From contig JAUCBJ010007728.1 in NCBI GenBank assembly GCA_032718475.1, forward strand, positions 62,001 through 126,000: a stretch of DNA of 64,000 bases. The letters are read 5' to 3'. The stretch's first letter is position 1, and each line of letters starts with the position of its first letter. The position numbers and the translations under genes are program-made. Below, one piece after another: positions 14,701-24,338 of this stretch. The notes beneath the pieces were generated by a model that made no database searches, was not told where the DNA came from, and saw nothing but the letters and a program-made list of their open reading frames with translations. The DNA comes from Nemertoderma westbladi. Its lineage: Eukaryota; Animalia; Xenacoelomorpha.

Positions 14701-17026
14701 TCTTTCCGCTGAGGATGAATGAATTTTGATTGTGTCAGAACACCCCCTATCCGTGGTTGTATGAGTGGAGAGATAAGTAGCCTAACTCCCTATTAATATT
14801 GTTGTGTTCTAGAATATTTATTATTGTTTCATCGTATTGCTAAAGTGGCTGGAGCTAAAGTTATTATGTAATGCAATAAATCACCTCAAATATCTCAGCT
14901 ATTTCATGAACATAATGAAGTATTAAAGCCATGTCAAAATCATTGGTGTTTTTCTGCAATAATATATCAAAATATCCTCTGATTTTTTACAAAAACCATA
15001 TCGATTTTCTTATTTATATCTTCTAACCCACCCCTCCACGAGATAGAGAATCTTAAATGAAAGTCAAAAGAACAGGTAACACTTACATTTATAGAAGTAA
15101 TCACCTGTTATTTGCTACGTCTTTCCGCTGAAGATGAATGAATTTTGATTGTGTCAAAAACACCCCCTATCTGTGGTTGTATGAGTGGAGAGATAAGTAG
15201 CCTATTTCCCTATTAATATTGTTGTGTTCTAGAATATTTTTTATAGTTTCATCGTATTGCCAAAGTGACTGGAGCTAAAGTTATTATGTAATGCAATAAT
15301 TCACCTCAAATATCTCAGCTATTTCATGAACATAATGAAGTATTAAAGCCATGTCAAAATCCTTGGTGTTTTTCTGCAATAATTTATCAAAATATCCTCT
15401 GATTTTTTACAAAAACTATATCGATTTTCATATTTATAACTTCTATCCCACTCCACGAGATAGAGAATCTTAAATGAAAGTCACAAGAACAGGTAACACT
15501 TACATTTATAGAAGTAATCAGCTGTTATTTGCTACGTCTTTCCGCTGAAGATGGATGAATTTTGATTGCGTTGGAACACACCCTATCTGTGGCTGTCTGA
15601 GTGGAGAGATAAGTAGCCTATCTCCCTGTTAATATTGTTGTGTTCTAGAATATTTATTATGGTTTCATCGTATTGCCAAAGTGACTAGAGCTGAAGTTGA
15701 CTCATAATACAACAATTCACCTCAAATATCTCAGCTATTTAATGAACATAATGAAGTATTAAAGCCATGTCAAAATCATTGGTGTTTTTCTGCAATAATT
15801 TATCAAAATATCCTCTGATTTTTTACAAAAACCATATCGATTTTCATATTTATAACTTCTATCCCACTCCACGAGATAGAGAATCTTAAATGAATGTCAA
15901 AAGAACAGGTAACACTTACATTTATAGCAGTAATCAGCTGTTATTTGCTACGTCTTTCCGCTGAAGATGGATGAATTTTGATTGCGTTGGAACACACCCT
16001 ATCTGTGGCTGTCTGAGTGGAGAGATAAGTAGCCTATCTCCCTGTTAATATTGTTGTGTTCTAGAATATTTATTATGGTTTCATCGTATTGCCAAAGTGA
16101 CTAGAGCTGAAGTTGACTCATAATACAACAATTCACCTCAAATATCTCAGCTATTTCATGAACATAATGAAGTATTAAAGCCATGTCGAAATCCTTGGTG
16201 TTTTTCTGCAATAATTTATCAAAATATCCTCTGTTTTTTTACAAAAAGCATATCGATTTTCATATTTATAACTTCTATCCCACTCCACGAGATAGAGAAT
16301 CTTAAATGAATGTCAAAAGAACAGGTAACACTTACATTTATAGCAGTAATCAGCTGTTATATGCTACGTATTTCCGTTGGAGATGAATGAATTTTGATTG
16401 CGTTGGAACAACCCCTATCTGTGGCTGTCTGAGTGGAGCGATAAGTAGCCTATATCCTTGTTAATATTGTTGTGTTCTAGAATATTTATTATAGTTTCAT
16501 CGTATTGCCAAAGTGACTAGAGCTGAAGTTGACTCATAATACAATAATTCACCTCAAATATCTCAGCTATTTCATGAACATAATGAAGTATTAAAGCCAT
16601 CTCGAAATCCTTGGTGTTTTTCTGCAATAATTTATCAGAATATCCTCTGTTTTTTTACAAAAACCATATCGATTTTCATATTTATAACTTCTAACCCACT
16701 CCAAGAGATAGAGAATTTTAAATGAAAGTCACAAGAACAGGTAACACTTACATTTATAGAAGTAATCAGCTGTTATTTGCTACGTCTTTCCGCTGAGGAT
16801 GAATGAATTTTGATTGTGTCAGAACACCCCCTATCTGTGGTTGTATGAGTGGAGAGATAAGTAGCCTAACTCCCTATTAATATTGTTGTGTTCTAGAATA
16901 TTTATTATTGTTTCATCGTATTGCTAAAGTGGCTGGAGCTAAAGTTATTATGTAATGCAATAAATCACCTCAAATATCTCAGCTATTTCATGAACATAAT
17001 GAAGTATTAAAGCCATGTCAAAATCA
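8701..17026 (+). repeat. Tandem duplication of a 10-monomer, 4163-bp higher-order unit
   Basis: Rare variants recur at a 4163 offset: GATAGGTAGC 9361/13524, CCCCTATCCG 10581/14744, GCTATTTAAT 11571/15734, GAGAATTTTA 12548/16711. Confidence 0.92.
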
Positions 17027-17715
17027 TTGGTGTTTTTCTGCAATAATATATCAAAATATCCTCTGATTTTTTACAAAAACCATATCGATTTTCTTATTTA
17101 TATCTTCTAACCCACCCCTCCACGAGATAGAGAATCTTAAATGAAAGTCAAAAGAACAGGTAACACTTACATTTATAGAAGTAATCACCTGTTATTTGCT
17201 ACATCTTTCCGCTGAAGATGAATGAATTTTGATTGTGTCAAAAACACCCCCTATCTGTGGTTGTATGAGTGGAGAGATAAGTAGCCTATCTCCCTATTAA
17301 TATTGTTGTGTTCTAGAATATTTTTTATAGTTTCATCGTATTGCCAAAGTGACTGGAGCTAAAGTTATTATGTAATGCAATAATTCACCTCAAATATCTC
17401 AGCTATTTCATGAACATAATGAAGTATTAAAGCCACCTCGAAATCCTTGGTGTTTTTCTGCAATAATTTATCAGAATATCCTCTGTTTTTTTACAAAAAC
17501 CATATCGATTTTCATATTTATAACTTCTATCCCACTCCAAGAGATAGAGAATCTTAAATGAAAGTCACAAGAACAGGTAACACTTACATTTATAGAAGTA
17601 ATCAGCTGTTATTTGCTACGTCTTTCCGCTGAGGATGAATGAATTTTGATTGTGTCAGAACACCCCCTATCTGTGGTTGTATGAGTGGAGAGATAAGTAG
17701 CCTAACTCCCTATTA

Positions 17716-18024
17716 TAATATCAGCAAGCACAAAATCCAGGGTCCGAGTAAACTCGCTACCCTGGAACTATCTACATATATCCTAATACAAAATTACGTA
17801 GGTAGGGCTACATACTATACAAAATGAATGGATGCAAAATATATGGGCGTTTTAACTTCCTTACCTAAATGTCACCACACTGCGCCTTATCTAAATAATT
17901 ATACTGCACAACGGACTAATATTACGTATAGTATAACGGACTAATACTGCATACTGCATAATGGACTAATACTGCATACTGCATAATGACTAATAATGTG
18001 GATACAGCGCCATATACCGTAACA
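17716..18024 (-). repeat. BEL-1 3' LTR (309 bp of shared repeat)
   Basis: Matches 32263-32565 except one SNP and a 6-bp indel (CCGAGT); begins TGTTACGG on the minus strand, ends TATTA rather than CA; preceded by weak PPT-like GGAGCGG. Confidence 0.88.
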
Positions 18025-18986
18025 CCGCTCCAAGGGAAATCATACAATGTTTCCCTCCAATTGTAGAAGAGTATAAGGTGATGTATACAAACAAAATAAA
18101 TTTCTTCCAAATAATCTAAACACTTGATACTATAAATCCTACTATTTACAAATATTGCTATAGATGTTGCATAATGAATTGCATACAAATTAAATTTACA
18201 AATATTATCTCTCTCATACAAATTAAATTTACAAAATATTGTTTCTCGTTCGTACTACATAATGATTACTACATACAAAATTAAATTTACAAAATATTAC
18301 TTCCTTTATTTATTTACAAATTAACGGTCTACATATTGAAATGGAACATGGCTAGGACAATGTCCCCCATTTCCCATCTCAAATTAACGATCAACATTAA
18401 CAAGATAAACTAAATATAAACGTATTTGAGGCTAAATTTTTAACTAAATTGCATTAAAGGCCGATAATCAAACTAAATATAAAATACGTAATAATTTCTT
18501 TTATTTTCGGACTTTACTTAATTTCTTATAAAAAACGCAAATCATCTTGGTTTGATGATTGCTCAGGTAAGTGAAAGGAGTAAGCCAAACCCGCGGGTTT
18601 GTCTCCCCAATCACTTCCTTTGCCTCTTTCAATAAACTTTAGAGCAAATAAAGTCATATACACAAAATCAAATATAATATAAGCTCAAAATCATATTTCT
18701 AACAGACTATAAAATAAAATTATTTCTTTCAATATTTTTGGCCTTCGAAAATAAAATTCTAAAATATGGATACGACTAGTGTATATGAGTCCAGTCGAAT
18801 GATTGATCAAAACCTACGATATACATCAGAGCGACGATGATGTATATGTCTAGAGTCTGTCGCTCCGTGATATTATAGTCTCATCGGCTAGCTCCTGGGT
18901 CTCTCGGGCTCGCTCCTCTCCTTTGTCCCTTCCCCAGATACACCAGTCTACCCCCTGTAGACTCTGTTGACGGCGTCCTTGAGGCG

Positions 18987-20033
18987 TCACTTCCCGGAAC
19001 CGGCGACGACGTTCCCTGGGCACCGACTATCTCCCGACTGGTGCTCCTCCCTCGGCCTCGTCCCATTTGCCGTGTCCCTGTGGGCGCCTCCGCCAACTCC
19101 TCTTTCTTCAACTATGGAATGGAACCGAAATAATTTGGAGTAAATATCGTATAAACGCGGATCGTGGGTATAGTTAGTAGACGGATGGATGGCGCGAATC
19201 TCGTCTGGATACTCAGGCGTGACCTTCCTCTCCTGGTGAAGCGAAGTGAACGTAGTCCAGGAACTCGAGTCCCGTGCCGCTTCGCGCCGCGCCTCTAGGT
19301 CTTTATAGGCTCGGTATAGCGAAATGGCCGCTGCCGTGTCTATCAAACTGGGTGTCGAACAGGGTTTAATCTCCGTATACGGATCTAATGTCGTAACGGT
19401 CGGCGTAATGGGTCTCGGAGGTCGCTTTCCGCTGAAGTCGATACTGATCATCGGGTTGCTCATCGGGTAACCTCCCTCGTTGTATCTAAGGAATTGGTGA
19501 GCTGGACATCGCGTTAATATCGGTTCCGGATGTTGCTCGTCTAGTCGGTCGGGAATCGCCACGTCCTGTTTATTCATGCATTCACCACACTTGTAGAAGA
19601 GCTTGTATACGCTGAAGACTTTCGGCGTCTCCTGATCCTCGCCTCGAGTCCACCGATACAGATGCATTCCGTCGAACTGGTCTCGGACTGCAGGTAGAGG
19701 CTCCTCATGTCGTAAATACATATTCATATGGTATAGTCGTGCGATTTCCTCGTCCGGATCTGCGCTAATGTCGCACACGTCCAAAGCGAAGTCGTAGGGA
19801 TACCGCGTGCGATACTCTCTCCGCAAGACTTCCATTCGGTCCCCCAACGCTCTCATTCTTTCTCTCCGTAATTCTTTATCATAACTTGGTTTGTACTTCC
19901 CGTTAAGCTCCATCACGGACCGCCCATGGTAGTAAACGTTGGAATCTTTACATCCCGGTCGCGCGAATGGTAGCTCCGCCTCCTCTCTGGCAGTAAATCC
20001 TCTGCGCGGTTGCGCTCTAATATCCCTCTCCAT
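18987..20033 (-). CDS. BEL-1 extra ORF (348 aa) in the env position; unknown function, candidate CxxC..CxxH metal-binding motif
   Basis: ATG-initiated long ORF, co-oriented with pol, GC-richer than AT-rich flanks; CGEC-x23-CPAH; no evident signal peptide or transmembrane segment. Confidence 0.75.
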   Translation of the reverse strand: MERDIRAQPRRGFTAREEAELPFARPGCKDSNVYYHGRSVMELNGKYKPSYDKELRRERMRALGDRMEVLRREYRTRYPYDFALDVCDISADPDEEIARLYHMNMYLRHEEPLPAVRDQFDGMHLYRWTRGEDQETPKVFSVYKLFYKCGECMNKQDVAIPDRLDEQHPEPILTRCPAHQFLRYNEGGYPMSNPMISIDFSGKRPPRPITPTVTTLDPYTEIKPCSTPSLIDTAAAISLYRAYKDLEARREAARDSSSWTTFTSLHQERKVTPEYPDEIRAIHPSTNYTHDPRLYDIYSKLFRFHSIVEERGVGGGAHRDTANGTRPREEHQSGDSRCPGNVVAGSGK

Positions 20034-20789
20034 TATGTTACGCGTATATACATATATATATATATCCCAATAAGTGCCGTTACGTAACCAACTACACTGT
20101 GGGTAAATCAGTTAGATGCCGCCGAAGGACAGACCTCCCGAACCCCCCCCCCGCCTTCCAGCAGTTCAGGTTCGACTCTCTAGATCCCGTCTCTTCCTAA
20201 CTAACTATCCTCTAACCTATTCCCATGCATAAACTTTGGAGATAAACTGGCCGTGACCAACTCACTTTTTGATGCCCAAACTACTCCCATTACTCGTACT
20301 AAACTATAGTAGTTAGAAAGGACCATAGCCACAATACTCGACTATACCAAACCCACAGGTTTGATAATCGAACATCACACATCCTGCAAACTACTGAATG
20401 GGGTCCATGTACGCCTCTGGTGCTACTAACCTTTAGCACCTTAGTTGCACTGTTGGCACCAATCTGTGGAAGTTGCTAAACTCAATTTACACTCCTACGT
20501 AATATAGCCGTCACCATGGTTTCTAAATGCTATTTTCCAGGCTTCACGACTTTTCAAATTACTGTTTTCTATAGACGAATTCTAAAACGCGTCTATACAC
20601 AGCGTCTAGAATTGTCTTGGGTTCACTTCTAATTTTCAAATTTTGTCTAATTTTCCAAAAATTTTGAAAATAAAATTTTGTTTTGATACCCACCAGACAA
20701 AACTCAACGCAAATCACCACAACCCCGCTCCTATGCATTTCCTTGTATTTGCATACGAGGAATGCATACGAAGTGAGTTGCGTCCAACA

Positions 20790-23700
20790 CTAACTCTGTT
20801 TTGAGGCAGGAGACAAATTATAATCTCCCGTCTCGATACGTGTCTCCTCTAATAACACAATATCTTGGACCGGTCGGTCCAAGGTGTGCAAACCATTAGT
20901 TTTACACTTTTTTGGGTGCGGACACTTGCACCTAATTTTCACAGTGACTGTGCGCACTATGTTTTGCACGTCTGGGTGTGTGTGCAAGATCACTCCCGTC
21001 TCCCAATACTTTCTCTTGACAATGGGTTCGGTTATCAATACGTAATCTCCCCTTTGGAGACTCCGAACCGTTTTGTACCACTTTGTTCTGGTGGATATGG
21101 TGGGAAGATAGTATTCCCGCCAATATTCCCAGAATGTGTACGCTACTAATTGAGTCACTTTCCAGCTTTTACGACTATATAGGTCGGCACTAATGGGTTC
21201 TGATGCCGGCACAAGAAATGCTGGACTCTGCATTAGCAAATGATTCGACGTTAATGCAACACCGTCTGGCAACATAGCTATCGGCCTCGAGTTTAGGGTA
21301 TGCTCGATTTCAATGAAAGCTGTAACCAGTTCGTCGTCGGTAAGTTGTTTGTTCACAGGCAATGTCTTAGCAATGGCCTGCTTTACAGAGCGAACCAAAC
21401 GCTCCCAACTTCCTCCTCTCCAAGGACTTTCCGGAGTATTGAATCTCCATTCTACTCGTTGCGGCAAAAGTGCTGCAGAAATTTCCTTATTCTGTGCCGC
21501 TTTATGAGCCGCGTTCAACTCGCTATTCCCTCCGACAAAGTTTGTACCCTTATCGGAGTAGAACGCCTTTACTAGTCCTCTCCTGGCCATAAATATCTTC
21601 AAGGCCAGGAGCAGAGATTTGGTCGACATGTCTGCCACACGCTCGATATGTATGGCTCTACTCGCCATACATGTCAGTAGCAGACCCCATCGCTTGTGGG
21701 TCAGCCGTCCACTCTTTGCTTCAATCGGACCAAAACAGTCCACCCCTGTATTCGTAAAGGGTGGGTCATATGCCTGCACTCTCGCTTCCGGGAGTTCAGC
21801 CATCTCCTGTTCCAATACTCTGGCGTTCACCCTCTTGCAAACCAGACAGGCGTCGTACATAGTGCCTACTGCCCTGCTTGGCTGCAATAGAATGAATCGC
21901 TGTCTCGCTGCCGACAGACAGTGTAACTTTCCCGCGTGATGCAACCTCTTGTGTATATCCCATAGAATCGCTCTTTGCAATTCCATTGGGTGACTAGGGA
22001 TTATCACTGGGAACCGAAACTGTGAGTTTATGTCGACAGTCTGGATTCTCGATCTATGACAAATTAAACCCTTATGGATTAACGGACTCCATTTTCTAAG
22101 GGGTTTATAGAGAACTGGTCGATGAGCCGATAATAGATGGAATTCTTTCGGGAAGGCACACATTTGATAATGCTTCAAATGCTTTAATTCCGCTTGATCA
22201 ATCTCATCCTCCGTCAGAGGTTGTTTCAATTTCCGAATTCGCTCACTATTGGTGCTCAATGGTTCTCTCAAATGTTTCGAATGTTTTAAACAAAGGTACA
22301 AAATGTATCGGCTTAACCACGCAGTTCTTTTACAAATTGTCAGCCAAGAGGCAGACGAATTTAGTAATTTGTCATAAACACTGCATGACTTTAATGCCAG
22401 CGACGGTTGTCCGCTAACTAATGGAAGTTTCGAATCCAAACCCGCAGGTTTGGAAACCAAAGGATCCATTGTGTCGGTCATTTTCTGTCCGTCACTTACC
22501 AATTGTGACTCCGGTTTAGTCTGTAAGGGTGGTTTGATGTCGTAACTTACCCTTCCTGACCTAGTAGTCACGTAAGTCTGTTGGTCTGACAGGTCTCCGG
22601 GCCGCTCCAATGACTTAAGTTTGGCTTTAGACTTCGACTTAGAGACTTTCTCCACCTTGACTTCTGCATCTTCAGGCATCGGATTTGTCACTATCTTCAG
22701 TCGCTCTGGCCAATGTTCCTGTGTCCTCGTTAGAAAATCAGGTCCATGCAACCAAAACTCCTGCGACTCTTCCTGACAAAATTCCGCCGGCATTGCACCT
22801 CTCGAAGTTATGTCGGCCGGGTTTAACACTCCCGGACAATGTCTCCATTGTTCCTTCGTCGAAAAGTCAACGATCTGAGCGCGTCTATTGGCCACAAATG
22901 TCTTTAGTGCAATATTGTCGGCCGCAATGTATACTAACACTAAGGATGCGTCCGTCCAATAGAATAAGGTCAATGTCGTGTCTAACTCCTCAGTTATCTG
23001 CTTACTTACCTCGACTGAGACTACAGCCGCCTGTAACTCTGCACGAGGGACAGTCATGTATTTGACCGGCATTGTCTTTGATCTAGAAGTCACAAAAGCC
23101 GTCTCAAACTTGTCCTGACTTACCTCTCGGCGAAGGTAGGCTACCATACCAAAGCCGGTGTCACTTGCGTCACTAAACATATGCAGCTCTAAATCAGCTG
23201 GGAATACCAGCTGATTCGGAAAGTAGGAACGGGGTACATCTATATTTTTCAATAGATGCAACTCGGCTTCCCACTCCCTCCACTGCTTTGCATGTATAGG
23301 AGATATTGGTTCGTCCCACTCTACGTCGGACAACCAAATTTTCCTCATGCACGCTCGTGCCTGTAATATTACCGGACTGATAAAGTTCATCGGGTCAAAT
23401 AGTCTACTTAAATTCGATAAGCAAATTCTCTTAGTCAAAACTTTGTCTGGGCTACTGGGCTCAAATCTAACTCTTACCTGGAACTTATCTGAGTTCGGAT
23501 TCCAAGCGAGTCCCAGTACTCGCGCCATGGGGATTGGTTCTACCCCCAATTCTATGTCTCCGCTCCCGCGATCTTTTACCGGGAACGACTCTAATAGGGC
23601 CTCCGAGTTAGTAGTGAACTTGGTTAGAGGAAAACCCCCCGTAGTCAAGCACTCCTGTAGGCCGTGAGCCACTTCTATGGCTTGTTCCGCTGTGTCCTTG

Positions 23701-24338
23701 GACACCAATCCGTCGTCCATATAGAAGTTTCTCAATATAGACTCGATTACTTCTACTGGATACTTACCAATCTGGGCTGTTGCCGTTTTCTTTAGAACGA
23801 ACAGCGTGCCATTCGGACTATCGCGGGCGCCAAATATCCTAACGTACATCTGATATGTAACCACTGGGCCGGATAAGTCTTCATTCTCATACCAGAGAAA
23901 GCGAAGGCTATCCTGGTCTGCCTTACAGGCTCTTACCTGGTGGAACATCGCCTCGATGTCACAAGTAAATGCGAATCGCCGCTGTCTAAAACGTAACAGT
24001 ATTCCAATCAAATAGTTATTCAGGTTGGGACCATCCATCAACTCTGAATTCAGGGACATACCTCTATAGACTGCTGCGCAGTCATTGACTACTCGGACTT
24101 TGTCTGGTTTGTCAGGGTGAGTCACATAGTGGTGTGGAAGGTAATAAGTCTGGTCTGTTACTAAGTCAGGGTCCTCTACCTTCCCAGCAAATCCCTTGGC
24201 GAAATAGTTGTTGATCTGGGCGCAGTACTTCTCCCTAATGCCTGGATTCTTCAACAACCGAGCCCTTACTCCGTTTAATCTTTTCAAGGCTAAGTTATAG
24301 TTGTTCTCCAGCTTAGGTGGACAACATTCCAACTTCAA
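20790..24338 (-). CDS. pol: BEL-1 Pol: reverse transcriptase, RNase H, integrase
   Basis: YYLPHH, KVRVVNDCAA, FTCDIEAMF, NFYMDD; FSDAS, PRAELQAA, WTDAS, NPADITSRG; HHCC, GVDCFGP, YSDKGTNF, WERLVRSVK. Start is a frameshift junction, not a true start codon. Confidence 0.95.
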   Translation of the reverse strand: MKLECCPPKLENNYNLALKRLNGVRARLLKNPGIREKYCAQINNYFAKGFAGKVEDPDLVTDQTYYLPHHYVTHPDKPDKVRVVNDCAAVYRGMSLNSELMDGPNLNNYLIGILLRFRQRRFAFTCDIEAMFHQVRACKADQDSLRFLWYENEDLSGPVVTYQMYVRIFGARDSPNGTLFVLKKTATAQIGKYPVEVIESILRNFYMDDGLVSKDTAEQAIEVAHGLQECLTTGGFPLTKFTTNSEALLESFPVKDRGSGDIELGVEPIPMARVLGLAWNPNSDKFQVRVRFEPSSPDKVLTKRICLSNLSRLFDPMNFISPVILQARACMRKIWLSDVEWDEPISPIHAKQWREWEAELHLLKNIDVPRSYFPNQLVFPADLELHMFSDASDTGFGMVAYLRREVSQDKFETAFVTSRSKTMPVKYMTVPRAELQAAVVSVEVSKQITEELDTTLTLFYWTDASLVLVYIAADNIALKTFVANRRAQIVDFSTKEQWRHCPGVLNPADITSRGAMPAEFCQEESQEFWLHGPDFLTRTQEHWPERLKIVTNPMPEDAEVKVEKVSKSKSKAKLKSLERPGDLSDQQTYVTTRSGRVSYDIKPPLQTKPESQLVSDGQKMTDTMDPLVSKPAGLDSKLPLVSGQPSLALKSCSVYDKLLNSSASWLTICKRTAWLSRYILYLCLKHSKHLREPLSTNSERIRKLKQPLTEDEIDQAELKHLKHYQMCAFPKEFHLLSAHRPVLYKPLRKWSPLIHKGLICHRSRIQTVDINSQFRFPVIIPSHPMELQRAILWDIHKRLHHAGKLHCLSAARQRFILLQPSRAVGTMYDACLVCKRVNARVLEQEMAELPEARVQAYDPPFTNTGVDCFGPIEAKSGRLTHKRWGLLLTCMASRAIHIERVADMSTKSLLLALKIFMARRGLVKAFYSDKGTNFVGGNSELNAAHKAAQNKEISAALLPQRVEWRFNTPESPWRGGSWERLVRSVKQAIAKTLPVNKQLTDDELVTAFIEIEHTLNSRPIAMLPDGVALTSNHLLMQSPAFLVPASEPISADLYSRKSWKVTQLVAYTFWEYWREYYLPTISTRTKWYKTVRSLQRGDYVLITEPIVKRKYWETGVILHTHPDVQNIVRTVTVKIRCKCPHPKKCKTNGLHTLDRPVQDIVLLEETRIETGDYNLSPASKQS

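Larger units (their letters stand above)
1378..17715 (+). repeat. ~416-bp satellite array, block 1 (~39 monomers)
   Basis: Marker GAGATAGAGAATCTTAAATG recurs at 1451, 1870, 2287, 2703, 3117, 3533 (414-419 bp spacing) and onward; several recurring monomer subtypes. Confidence 0.98.

Noticed and set aside
1378-17715. Tandem RNA gene array (5S, spliced leader, snRNA) or CRISPR
   Set aside because: No recognisable RNA gene motif, no conserved core with variable spacer, no cas genes; a covariance-model search was not possible, so a small RNA is not fully excluded.
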